Numbered from the stretch's first letter, positions 53,921 to 63,740 are shown. The stretch is DNA of 64,000 nucleotides from Thecamonas trahens ATCC 50062 (GCF_000142905.1 NW_013657667.1:316801-380800); one strand, 5' to 3'. A program made the numbers and translations. The notes: generated from the sequence alone by a model not told the origin.

Positions 53921-55226
53921 ATGTCCGGACTATTGAAGAAGGCGCGGGCTGGGCGCAAGGCGGTGCAGGCCAAGGTCGGGGCGCGAGTGACCAAGCGACG
54001 AGAGCAGCTGCACCAGAAGCGTGTGGCGGCGACGCAACGTGTGCGGGGGAAGCGAGCGGACGGACGACTGGGCAAGACTGAGTTGGAGGCACGAATGTAT
54101 GAGGCTGCACGCTATGATCAGTATGCGCTTGCTGCTTTGCTCAAGGACCGACTGGCGGCGGTGCGCGAGGCCAAGGCCGCTCTTGCCGATGCTCGCCTGG
54201 CCAAGGACTTTACCACAGCCGAGGCTCTTGATGCCAAGCTCATTCAGCTCACAGAGCGCGAGCCATTCGAGGCCGAGGTCGAGAGCCTATACGCTGCATG
54301 GGCAGAGACCCATCCGCATCGCGCCGCGCGGCTGGAGGAGCACAAACGGATGCGCGATGGTGGGCCGGCGTATGCCGGCAATCCGCGGAAGGACGGCGGA
54401 AAGGGGAGGCTGGGCTCAGACTCGGGCTCGGGCTCGAACTCGGGAAGCAGCAGCTCATCTTCCAGCTCAGGAGGGAGCGACGATGGCGGCGCGGATGCAA
54501 ATGCAGGACCATCACTGGTGGCAGGCATCTCGCATCGGTTGCACATCCGCAAGGTGTCGATGGTGCACCGGCTGCGCGGGAAGCGGAAGGACGGCGGGCT
54601 GGGCAAGACTGAGCTGGAAGCGATGGCGTACGAGGCCGAGTCCAAGGGCGAGTACGCTGTGGCAGCGCTGCTGCTCTCGCGGTGTCGGGCTCTGCATGAT
54701 GCCAAGCTCGCCAAGAAGAAGGCTGTGGTCAACGAGAACTTTGCCGAGGCCGAGGTCCAGACCAAGATCATCAACTCGCTCCGGGCCCGCGATCCGTTTA
54801 TGGCCGAAGTGGAAGCCATGCGCAAGGACCAAGCGGTGTCAGACTCGGCTCGGTCAGACGCGGCGGCCGCTGATGATTCGAGCACTCAGTCAACAAGCAG
54901 TCCAGGCTCCAACGACGGTGTCAACAACATGCCACGGCGCAACTCGGTGGTCGAGCGGCGCGGCTCGGTGGTCGAGCACTTTGACTCGAACTCGTCGTCA
55001 CCGATTGTGGTCTCGCACATTACGCCATCCCAGGCTGCTGCTGGGCGCTCGCCGTACGCCGACTACAAGGCTGAGCAAGATGCGGCATGGCAGGCAGACG
55101 GCAAGTGTCGACGACAACTCAATGGCATCGCCGATTCCGGGCCCTCCTCGGCCAGTCGACAACATGGCCATCATGTTTGACTCGGACTCGTCGTACGAAG
55201 CGCTGACCATGGACGCATTTCTTTAG
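53921..55226 (+). CDS. Hypothetical protein with a duplicated module of about 80 aa containing UVR-like helical hairpins; probable frameshift near 55093
   Basis: RGKR.DG.LGKTELEA..YEA...Y..AALL...R.PF.AEVE occurs twice; the shifted frame ends ...YEALTMDAFL*. Confidence 0.65.
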
Positions 55227-55232
55227 TGGAAC

Positions 55233-57350
55233 TCACCAGGCCTTGGCCGAGTACTCGACCGGCGTGTTAGGGGCTGGAGAGAGGGTCTCACCAAGGGTAT
55301 GATACGCGGCGGCGGCGTCGGCGACGTCGTCTCGAGTGTCGTGTAGGTCGTCAAGCTCGACATATGAAGGGAGCCAATGAAGGAAAGCGTTCGCGTCGAG
55401 CGCAGCATCGAACCGCCTGAGACGACTGAGAAGCGTTGCGCCGATGCCCGAGTGAGCAGCCAGGAGCGTGACCGCCGCTGGGAGCTTCTTCGACGTTGCC
55501 GAGTGGACAAGGAGTGCAACCGAGGTGCCTCGAGCCATGGCCCATGAAGGATCGGCGTGGAGCCGACACTGGGAGCCGATAGGATCCAGCAGTGACCGGT
55601 GCACGTCGTGGGTGGCACGCGACGAGAGACCCGAGGCATAGACTGCAGCAGAGAGGAGCATGTCCGTGTCGAGGCGGCGCGGATCGCTCAGCGCGGTGGC
55701 AAGTGAGGACGACGGCGAGAAGACACGCGGGATTAGCTGCTCGATGTGTGGGTGTCGCTTGCCAAGCTGCGCATAATGAACCGAGTACAGCGGAAGCCGC
55801 TGATGCGAGGTTCCGGACCGGAGCGAGAGGTCGCGCCACTGGATCGGTGGTGCGTTGATGGCGACCGAGGCGAGGGCGCGACCGACGACCCGGGCGGCTG
55901 CCGCTTTGGACGCGTTGCGACCGACTCTTCGGAGGACAACGTCTGCATCTGTGACAAGAGCAAAGTCGGTGGCTGCAGCAATGAGGGAGAGCTCGTGAAG
56001 TGCAAGGACGTGGGCGTGCGGCAGCGGAGCGTGAGCAAGATGGCTGGCCGGCGGCAGAGTGGCGGCGACGACGACCGACGGCGAAATCTCGTCGGTGACT
56101 TGATTAAAGAGAGGCAGAAAGGCAGCACACGAGCCAAGCTCGTAGGTGACCAGCACGGAGTCAAGACCATGGTCACCATGCTTCTCAAGAGCGGCGCGGC
56201 AGGCATCGACAGCAGCGTCGACAGAGTCAGTGCCTTTGGCGCAAACCGTCAGCGGTGCGCTGGAAAAGTCGTTGGCCCAGTACGCTGACTCGACGAGTGG
56301 ATCGGCAGAGTGACAGAAGCCGTGGGAAGAGGACGACGGATTGAGGAGTGTATGCATGCGGTTGTAGGCGGCATCGCCAGCAACGGCGCCAAACTCGCCA
56401 ACCCGCAGCGCCAGGACTGAGCGCGCCGCCACAGTGGCGAGCGGCTCATCGCGGCGGGCACCCAGACGCATGGCATCAAGCGGAAGCTGGGGCACAGGAT
56501 CAAACCAGTTGTCTGCACGCGAGGTGGTGGTCCGCGGGCGGACTTTGTGGCGGAGCGAACGGCGCGAGGCAAGAGCCAGTGCCGAGCCCGGGCGGACCAG
56601 GGCCGGCACAGCCGCCGGGCCCGACTCGGACTGCTCCAGAGGAGATGCAAAGGCACGATGCCAAGCGTCGAGCTCGGGGTCGGTCGACGATGAGAACGAG
56701 AGCTCTTCGGCAAAGGTGGAGGCGCTCGAGTCGTCGGCGTCTTGGTCCGAGTCGGCCGACTCGGCCATGGGGTCGCGCCAAGGCGGCGGTGGGACGTCTC
56801 GATCTGTGTCCAGCAGCGGCGAGTCCATCAGCGGACCCGTAGCCGGGACAAAACCAGCGGCTGTAGCTGTGCGGGCAGCAGCGCGAGACGATGTGCGGGA
56901 GAACGGGCGTGGCGGAAGATCGCCACGGACAGCAGTATCCGGTGACGATGGGCGCCGTGACGATGGAGCATGTCCCAACAGCGGAGCTGAGAGGTAGGGT
57001 GAGGTCGAGGCCGGGCGAGTTGCAAGAAGGCGTGAGTGCGGGCGTGCGGCAGTGATCGGAGAGCAAGCGGCGTTGGTGCGAGAGCGAGGCTGGCGGCGCG
57101 ATGTAGCGGCAGCAGTAGCTGGACGATGGGAGCGAGCAATAGGCGAGCGAGGACCAGCAGCCGAAGCTGGGCGCGGCGGGAGCTTGCGGGTTGAGTAGGG
57201 AGTGGGAGCAGCGAGAGAGAAGATCGGCGGAGGCAGAGGAGCCCGTGACCAGCCCTTGGGCACGGCTGAGTCAGCAGCGTCTGCCGTGGCTCTCGCCTGG
57301 CAGCACGTAGCACGAGTGGTGTACTTGCCGCAGAGCACACACCTGCGCAT
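55233..57350 (-). CDS. Highly divergent tubulin-superfamily protein with a CxxC...CC N-terminus and a disordered linker of about 300 aa
   Basis: Colinear tubulin-like segments: VLALRVGEFG, YWAND, VDACRAALE, VLVTYELG, RLPLY, VTLLAAHSGI, FDAALDANAFLHWL...DLHDTRDDV....Y. Confidence 0.7.
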   Translation of the reverse strand: MRRCVLCGKYTTRATCCQARATADAADSAVPKGWSRAPLPPPIFSLAAPTPYSTRKLPPRPASAAGPRSPIARSHRPATAAATSRRQPRSRTNAACSPITAARPHSRLLATRPASTSPYLSAPLLGHAPSSRRPSSPDTAVRGDLPPRPFSRTSSRAAARTATAAGFVPATGPLMDSPLLDTDRDVPPPPWRDPMAESADSDQDADDSSASTFAEELSFSSSTDPELDAWHRAFASPLEQSESGPAAVPALVRPGSALALASRRSLRHKVRPRTTTSRADNWFDPVPQLPLDAMRLGARRDEPLATVAARSVLALRVGEFGAVAGDAAYNRMHTLLNPSSSSHGFCHSADPLVESAYWANDFSSAPLTVCAKGTDSVDAAVDACRAALEKHGDHGLDSVLVTYELGSCAAFLPLFNQVTDEISPSVVVAATLPPASHLAHAPLPHAHVLALHELSLIAAATDFALVTDADVVLRRVGRNASKAAAARVVGRALASVAINAPPIQWRDLSLRSGTSHQRLPLYSVHYAQLGKRHPHIEQLIPRVFSPSSSLATALSDPRRLDTDMLLSAAVYASGLSSRATHDVHRSLLDPIGSQCRLHADPSWAMARGTSVALLVHSATSKKLPAAVTLLAAHSGIGATLLSRLRRFDAALDANAFLHWLPSYVELDDLHDTRDDVADAAAAYHTLGETLSPAPNTPVEYSAKAW

Positions 57351-57534
57351 AGCCCGGGCAGAAGGTGATGAGGGGGAGGTGGGGGGGATTGTGGGTGTGG
57401 TGTGGGTGTGTGGGGCGGGGAGGGGGGGGATGGGGTGGGGTGGGTAGTGTGTGGGGTGCGGAGGGCGAGAGGGAGAGTACGCGTGCGGTGATACGGCTTG
57501 GCGGCATGGTTTCAACGCCATCAGCATGTGGAGA

Positions 57535-57700
57535 TGGGGATGGGGATGGGGATGGGGATGGCGATGGGCGTGGTGGTGGTGTGCATAGCGGTGTCCACTG
57601 CAGGTACATGTGGTTGCGGTGGCAGATGCGGTTGCGGTGGCAGATGCGGCTGCGGTTGCGGTTGCGGTTGCGGTTGTGGTTGCGGTTGCGGTTGCGGTGG
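57535..57700. repeat. (GGGGAT)n and (GGTTGC)n simple repeats in a divergent intergenic region
   Basis: Read directly. Confidence 0.85.
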
Positions 57701-57824
57701 CAGGTGCGGGCCGACGACTGGCCTTACCCACCACCGCCACCAGCCCCCCCCCCCCAGCTCATGACGGCCACGGCCAAACGGGGCAACACCCCTCTCTCTC
57801 TCTCATCACCATCGAGAGAGAGAC

Positions 57825-60800
57825 ATGGCAGAGAGGATGTTGGACCGAACACCCATGGCTACAGCTCGGATCCTGGCCCGTCTCCCGGCTGTGGTCTCAT
57901 CGCCGCATGCCCGTCGGGTGGTGGCGAGGGCATTGGGACCACGGCTGGCGGCATCACGGGCGCGGGCAGGGGCTCAGGCACGGGCAAAGGCAGCACAAAG
58001 TCGGCGGCGACAAAGGCGACGGGGAAGAACGGGCAGAGGATCTTGGTCAGCGAGCTCTAGGTCCGGAAGCGGGAGCAGCTCTTACTCGACAAGCTCGAGC
58101 TATGAGTCGGCGTCGGTGTCGTTGTCGGCGAGCTCGGCCGCAACCGGCAGCACCTTTGGCGCCATGCTCAACGAGACTGTTGTCGAGTGGGCCAACACGG
58201 ATGTGACGGTGGTGGAGAAGGCTTTCACCAAAGATGGTGATAACGTTGCTCTGCTGGGAGGAGACAGTCCGCCGACAGCGAGCCCGCGCCGCCGGATTCC
58301 TAACAGCGCCATGCCAGCACCGCATGCCGTATTTGTGGCGCCGTGCAAGTCACAGGAGCGATTTGCTGCCTCGATTGTCGGCGCGAGGCAGCAACGAGCC
58401 AAGGGGTTGGCACTGTCGAGCATGCGTGAGCCTGAGCCGCCTGCAGAGGCGCGGCGCAGGTTGGTGGGCGCCGGAGGACTGGCCTCACCGCGGTACCGGT
58501 CGCTGACGCTCCGGCGCGAGCCGGTGCGGCTGCGGCCGGTGGAGGACGAGACACGACATGATGCGGCAGTTGTTGGACGGATTTGCAACGATGTCCAGGT
58601 GGCGCAGGCGGCGCAGGCGTTGGAAGATGCGGCGCACTCGATTCTGGTCGAGCGGCAGAAGAAGATCTTGGTCCGCGCTGAGCGGCGCAAGCAGTTCTGG
58701 TCGATTCTCGCCAACCGCAATCGTGCAGCGTCGGATCGAACCACGGCCGAGGTGGAGCTGCTGTATGACATGCTTCGCGGTGTTCGCGGGCTGATGTCGT
58801 TCAACAAGGCTGTGCTCCGGAAGCTCTGCCGGGTCTGCACCCTTGTCCGGTTTGAGGACTGGTCGGTTGTGTTCAAACAAGGCGATGTGCCCGAGTCATG
58901 GTACGTCGTTCTCACCGGAGCTGTTGATGTCGTGGTGGCACAGAAGAAGAACTTTGGCTCTGCCGCTGAGCTAGGGAGTCGTGGCAGCAACGGCAGCAAG
59001 ACCGAGTCGGACTCGGACTCTGGCTCGGGCTCGGGCTCGGGCAGAGACCTCGAAGCGCTGCAGATTACTGGCTCGGACGTGCTGGGAAAGACGGCGTACG
59101 AGCTTGCCCTTCACCGGGCAAAGCGCAGGTTCAAGATATCGCTCTTTGACATTGCGCTCTTTGTCATTTTCAAGAAGCGGCTGATGGTGGCGGCGGCGGC
59201 CAAGGCTGAGTATGCGCAGCGAATGGCGAAGGACCCGCGGATGGCCCACCAGGTCGGCTCGCTGTCGATGGGCAAACGGACGGGAGTCCGGTTTGACGTC
59301 CGCACCGGAACCTGGATCAAGAGCCGGCTTTGGACGCTGCTCTGCGATGCGACCCGTAACGGCTTTGGTCGCGTCCTCCGCATCATCAACCGGCTCGAGC
59401 GGGTCAAAGCGTACGAGAGTCACAAACTTCGCTCGCGACGCAACCGCAAACTCTTCTTCCGTCGCTTCAAGATGGGCGCCAACTTTACCCGTGGAGGCGC
59501 GGTAGCGCCATCCAAACTCAAGGCCGCGAGCGGGAAGAGCAGTGAGAAAATACGTGGCAAGGGCAAGGGCAAGCGCTCGGCAAGCTCGGCATCAGCCAGT
59601 GAGCTGGTCAGTTCTGCGGCCGCGTCCGTCGGTTCTGGCGGCTCTGTCGACGGTGGAGACTCCCAGCCAGCCACAGAGGTTCATGAGCTCGGGCGCACGC
59701 GCCCTCCTGCGCGGATCACGCTCCTGAAAGCGGCAACAACGCGCGGCCGTGCGCCGACGCTTCAGAGTCAGCGATCGGTGCGAGCGTTGCTGTCGGAAAA
59801 GCAGGCGCGAAATCTAGAGGCGCGGCAGTCGCTGACGATGGTGACCAAGATGCGGTTGCTGCAGCGAAAAGAGTCGACGCGGCGCAAGCTGCTGACGCGT
59901 GAGGCACGGATCAACGCGCAGTCGATGACAAACTTGGCGGTGTCGACCTCGAGCGCAGGCTTGAGCACCGGTGCGTCAATGGCGTCGATTAGCTCGGGAG
60001 GCGCGCCGGTGGTGCGTCGGCCATCGATGGTGACAATGGTGTGGAGCACGCGGCAGGGCCGGAGGGCGTCTGTAGCGCCGCCGCCGGGAGGTGTGCGCTC
60101 ACGTCTGGAGGAGCGGCAGAAGATGCAGCGGGAGCAGCTGCGGAAGCAGCAGGACATCGAGCAGGCACAGTCGCGGTTTGCACGGATCAAGCACCGCGAG
60201 TCGGAGGCTTCGATTCGGGCTGACTCAATTTCGAGCTCGCGCGGGCTGCTGGCGTCAAGCTCGATGCTTATGCCGTCTGGACCGTCGGTGGAGGGGCTTG
60301 CAGCGTCGGCCGGAGCACGCTCGATCTCGGTCTCGCGATCGGACCTGCTCAAGCACGGTGAGGCTGTGCTGGCGCAGCCGTCGCTCGATGACATCCGGAG
60401 AATACGTGGCGGTGGCGGTGGCAGTGGGTGCTCGAGCGCGTCGGATGCGAGCTCACTGCCGTCAGAGCCATCGTATCCGTCAGACTCTTCGGACTCGTTT
60501 GATGACAATACGTCGTCATCACGGTTGGGCTACGATGAAGGCCGGCGTCGGCGGCAGCGGCAGCGGCGGCGGCGGCGGACAACACACGAGTCAAGCGGGC
60601 AAGGCGATACGACGAGTGCCGGTGTGACGCCACGTACACCACGTACACCACGGACACCGCGCGGAGGCACTCGCCGTGGTCCGCGCGCGCGAAAGATGAG
60701 CGTTATGGTCGAGACCGAGGCTGTGACTGGATGGGGCGAAACGCTGGTGCTTGCCGAGGGTGCCGACGGCGCTGTGCCGCGGGCGGACCTAGGCACAGCG

Positions 60801-61901
60801 CCCGCGCCGGGCGTGACTATGGAGGTGTCACGTGCCGACGACGAAGGGTCGAATCAGAGCCGCCCGGTCAGCAGCCACGGTGGTTCAAGTGTGGCAGCGA
60901 GCACGACCGGTGCCAGTGGCGGCAGCGGGACGAGCGACGACGGCGGGATCCACATCAAGAACCTCGGCGAGCTGGGCGCGCTTGAGATGGACGAGGGTAG
61001 TGGGGATGGCGGCGAGTCGAACGACTCGTCGCAAGAGTCGTCGATCGACATTCCGGACGAGGTCCGTGACTTGTACATGGGTGGCGAGCTGCTTGCAACG
61101 CTTGAGTCTGGAGTTGGGTTTGGTGAGCTTGGCCTCGTGCGCAAGCAGCCGCGATCTGCGTCGATTGTGGCGACGCCTGGCACGTGCCTGCTCCAGGTGC
61201 GCGCCTCAGACTACAACCGGATCATGAAGTTCCAGATCAAGGGCGACACAGATGCCAAGCAGTCGTTTATTCTTGGCTATGACCTGTTTTCGGACAACTG
61301 CTCGCGCGCAGACATCCAGCGGCTGGCGGACAAGCTGCTGTTCGTGCAGTACAAGCCAGGCGACGTGCTGTACCGAGCACAGGAGCGGTCGCGGCATGTG
61401 TACTTTCTCAAGAAGGGCTCTGTTCATGTCGACCGCGCGCTTTCGGCCGAAGCCAAGGACCGCAGCGAGCCGGTCAAGCTGGTGCGGCTGCAGGACTTGA
61501 CGCGCGGAGCGCTGTTTGGGTTCCGGGTCGACAGCCGCGAGATGACACTTGAGACGGTGACCGCCGGCGAGCACGGGGTCGAAGTCGGCAAGCTTCCGCG
61601 GCACGACCTGCTACACTTTGAGCACGCGCTCTTCCACCGCAAGCTTGAGGAGCACCTGTATGCAACGACGATTCCGGAAGAAAAGCTCCGCGAGATGTAC
61701 AAGGAGCAGGTGCGGGCAAAGCGGTGGAAGGCGTATCGCGACAAGGTGGTCGGCGGGGTGATCGAGCAGCTGGAGCGCGACCGCGAGCCGCTGTTTGTAC
61801 CCGGCGGCATTGCGCCATCGGAGCGGAACTCCAAGTACCCACACATTGCCCAGCGAGCGCGGGAAGAGCTGCTTCCGCCGATGACGATGCGGTTGAAGTA
61901 A
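57825..61901 (+). CDS. Cyclic-nucleotide-binding domain protein (two CNB domains, the first split by a large insert)
   Basis: VFKQGDVPESWYVVLTGAVDV ... LATLESGVGFGELGLVRKQPRSASI; second domain YKPGDVLYRAQERSRHVYFLKKGSV...GALFG. Confidence 0.85.
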   Translation: MAERMLDRTPMATARILARLPAVVSSPHARRVVARALGPRLAASRARAGAQARAKAAQSRRRQRRRGRTGRGSWSASSRSGSGSSSYSTSSSYESASVSLSASSAATGSTFGAMLNETVVEWANTDVTVVEKAFTKDGDNVALLGGDSPPTASPRRRIPNSAMPAPHAVFVAPCKSQERFAASIVGARQQRAKGLALSSMREPEPPAEARRRLVGAGGLASPRYRSLTLRREPVRLRPVEDETRHDAAVVGRICNDVQVAQAAQALEDAAHSILVERQKKILVRAERRKQFWSILANRNRAASDRTTAEVELLYDMLRGVRGLMSFNKAVLRKLCRVCTLVRFEDWSVVFKQGDVPESWYVVLTGAVDVVVAQKKNFGSAAELGSRGSNGSKTESDSDSGSGSGSGRDLEALQITGSDVLGKTAYELALHRAKRRFKISLFDIALFVIFKKRLMVAAAAKAEYAQRMAKDPRMAHQVGSLSMGKRTGVRFDVRTGTWIKSRLWTLLCDATRNGFGRVLRIINRLERVKAYESHKLRSRRNRKLFFRRFKMGANFTRGGAVAPSKLKAASGKSSEKIRGKGKGKRSASSASASELVSSAAASVGSGGSVDGGDSQPATEVHELGRTRPPARITLLKAATTRGRAPTLQSQRSVRALLSEKQARNLEARQSLTMVTKMRLLQRKESTRRKLLTREARINAQSMTNLAVSTSSAGLSTGASMASISSGGAPVVRRPSMVTMVWSTRQGRRASVAPPPGGVRSRLEERQKMQREQLRKQQDIEQAQSRFARIKHRESEASIRADSISSSRGLLASSSMLMPSGPSVEGLAASAGARSISVSRSDLLKHGEAVLAQPSLDDIRRIRGGGGGSGCSSASDASSLPSEPSYPSDSSDSFDDNTSSSRLGYDEGRRRRQRQRRRRRTTHESSGQGDTTSAGVTPRTPRTPRTPRGGTRRGPRARKMSVMVETEAVTGWGETLVLAEGADGAVPRADLGTAPAPGVTMEVSRADDEGSNQSRPVSSHGGSSVAASTTGASGGSGTSDDGGIHIKNLGELGALEMDEGSGDGGESNDSSQESSIDIPDEVRDLYMGGELLATLESGVGFGELGLVRKQPRSASIVATPGTCLLQVRASDYNRIMKFQIKGDTDAKQSFILGYDLFSDNCSRADIQRLADKLLFVQYKPGDVLYRAQERSRHVYFLKKGSVHVDRALSAEAKDRSEPVKLVRLQDLTRGALFGFRVDSREMTLETVTAGEHGVEVGKLPRHDLLHFEHALFHRKLEEHLYATTIPEEKLREMYKEQVRAKRWKAYRDKVVGGVIEQLERDREPLFVPGGIAPSERNSKYPHIAQRAREELLPPMTMRLK

Positions 61902-61935
61902 ACGGCCGACGGCAGCGGGTGAGGTGAGCTGCTCG

Positions 61936-62619
61936 TCACCACTTGAGTGATGACGACGAAGCGTCCGAGGCGACAGAGTCCGAGTCATCGGACGACGACG
62001 ACGAGAGCTCCGGAACCGGCGAGCCACGGCGGCGGCGGGCGAGAAGGCGACGCTTGCGGGCCTTGGCCTTGGCCTCGGCGTCGAGGCGCTCGCGAATGGC
62101 GCTGACGGCTGGAAGGGCGACAGAGACCGGGGCAGCCACAGCAGGCGTGTTGTCCTTGCCCTTGCGCGGGCGGCGACGGCGCGAGTTGCGTTTGGCTTCA
62201 CGTTCAGCAGCACGCTTCAGAGCAGCGGAGCGCGATCCGAGGATGGCGGCCATGTTGGAGCGGTAGATATCGGCCGGATCGGCCCGGGCGGCACGGACCT
62301 CATCCAGGAGAGTGGGGCGGGCGGACTTGCGAGCAGCACCCCGGCCGGCAGCAGTGCCGGTGCGCGAGGCTCGAGCACGAATCCGGGCCGGGAGCATGTG
62401 GGTCACTCCATCGCTTGACTCTGAGCCGTCATCCGACCTCGAGCGCGAGCGTGAGCCACGCCGAGCATCCGACTTGGTGGCGTGGCCCGACGGCACTCCA
62501 TCCGCCGCCCGCGACCGCTTGGCCTTGGCCTTGGCCTTGGCAGCGCGGCGCTTGCGGCGGAGGATAGTCTTGATGTCTGAGTCGATGGCCTCCAGCTGGG
62601 TGTAGAGCTGGGCGTCCAT
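61936..62619 (-). CDS. Hypothetical basic/Ser-rich protein, 227 aa
   Basis: ORF with GC3 bias, ATG after a C-rich tract, N-terminal helical segment. Confidence 0.6.
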   Translation of the reverse strand: MDAQLYTQLEAIDSDIKTILRRKRRAAKAKAKAKRSRAADGVPSGHATKSDARRGSRSRSRSDDGSESSDGVTHMLPARIRARASRTGTAAGRGAARKSARPTLLDEVRAARADPADIYRSNMAAILGSRSAALKRAAEREAKRNSRRRRPRKGKDNTPAVAAPVSVALPAVSAIRERLDAEAKAKARKRRLLARRRRGSPVPELSSSSSDDSDSVASDASSSSLKW

Positions 62620-62799
62620 CTTAGTGTATATGGGGTGGTGGTGGTGGTGGTGGTGGGTGAGGGTGAGGTGTGGGAGGGAGTGGGGAGTGGAGGGGGGAGG
62701 GGGGGAGGGGAGAAAGGGAGGGATGGTGATGGTGATGGGAGTTTGGGGATTTGGTGGGAGGAGGAAGCGGGGAGGTGGGAGGTGGGAGGTAGGAGGTGG

Positions 62800-62955
62800 G
62801 TGATGATGGCCATGATTGTGGTGATGGTGATGATTGTAGTGATGGTGGTGATTGTGATTGTGGTGATGGTGATGGTGATGATTGTGATTGTGGTGATGGT
62901 GATGATGGTGATGATTGTGATGTGGTGATGATGGCCATGATAGCGGTGATGATGT
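62800..62955. repeat. (GTGATG/GTGATT)n microsatellite
   Basis: Read directly; reverse complement of the 13.3-kb repeat unit. Confidence 0.92.
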
Positions 62956-63580
62956 GAGACAGAGTAGCCCGATGGTAGACAGAAACAGTCTGATCTATCT
63001 GGGGTCTTGTTGGTGCACAAGATGGATCTGAGAGAGTGTGTAGCGATGATGATATTTCCGGCGTGAGCTGATTACTACTGCACTGGACATGGTGAGGCCT
63101 GTCTGGCTGTGCCACCAGCCTCAAGCCCGGCAAGACAGCGGTTCCTGCCACACTGCCAACCATCACTGCACTCGTCTCACACCTGCCGAACGCAGGGCTC
63201 TTGCCGAACGCAGGGGGTGGTGCAGGGCATCCATACGGGTTCCCAACAGGACGCCTTGCCAAGCAACAAGTCGAGAGAGATAGAAAGAGGGAGCGGGAGG
63301 TTTCTCGGTACCCCCTTCTCCCCCTTCCCCCCCTCCCCCCCCCCCCCCCTCCCTGTCCCCCCCCTTTTCCTTTTGAGGGGGCCTGGAGAAATTCAAGGGC
63401 GGGGTTTAGCCTTGGAGCCCGCAACGGCCCTTGGCCCCCCCCAAGGACGTTAACTAAGGGCCAATAAATGTGTTGAGATCCCCCTCCCCCCCTGGGTGTT
63501 TGGCAGTGGAGACTCCCGGGTGAGTTTGTGCTGATCGGGGAGGACGGGCAGAGAGCGGGGCTAAGGCTGGGCAGCTCGCT

Positions 63581-63740
63581 NNNNNNNNNNNNNNNNNNNN
63601 NNNNNNNNNNNNNNNNNNNNNNNNNNNNNNNNNNNNNNNNNNNNNNNNNNNNNNNNNNNNNNNNNNNNNNNNNNNNNNNNNNNNNNNNNNNNNNNNNNNN
63701 NNNNNNNNNNNNNNNNNNNNNNNNNNNNNNNNNNNNNNNN
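63581..63740. other. Assembly gap (160 N)
   Basis: N run. Confidence 1.

Noticed and set aside
63040-63075. C/D snoRNA-like ATGATGA...CTGA
   Set aside because: Boxes too close together, no terminal stem or convincing rRNA complement
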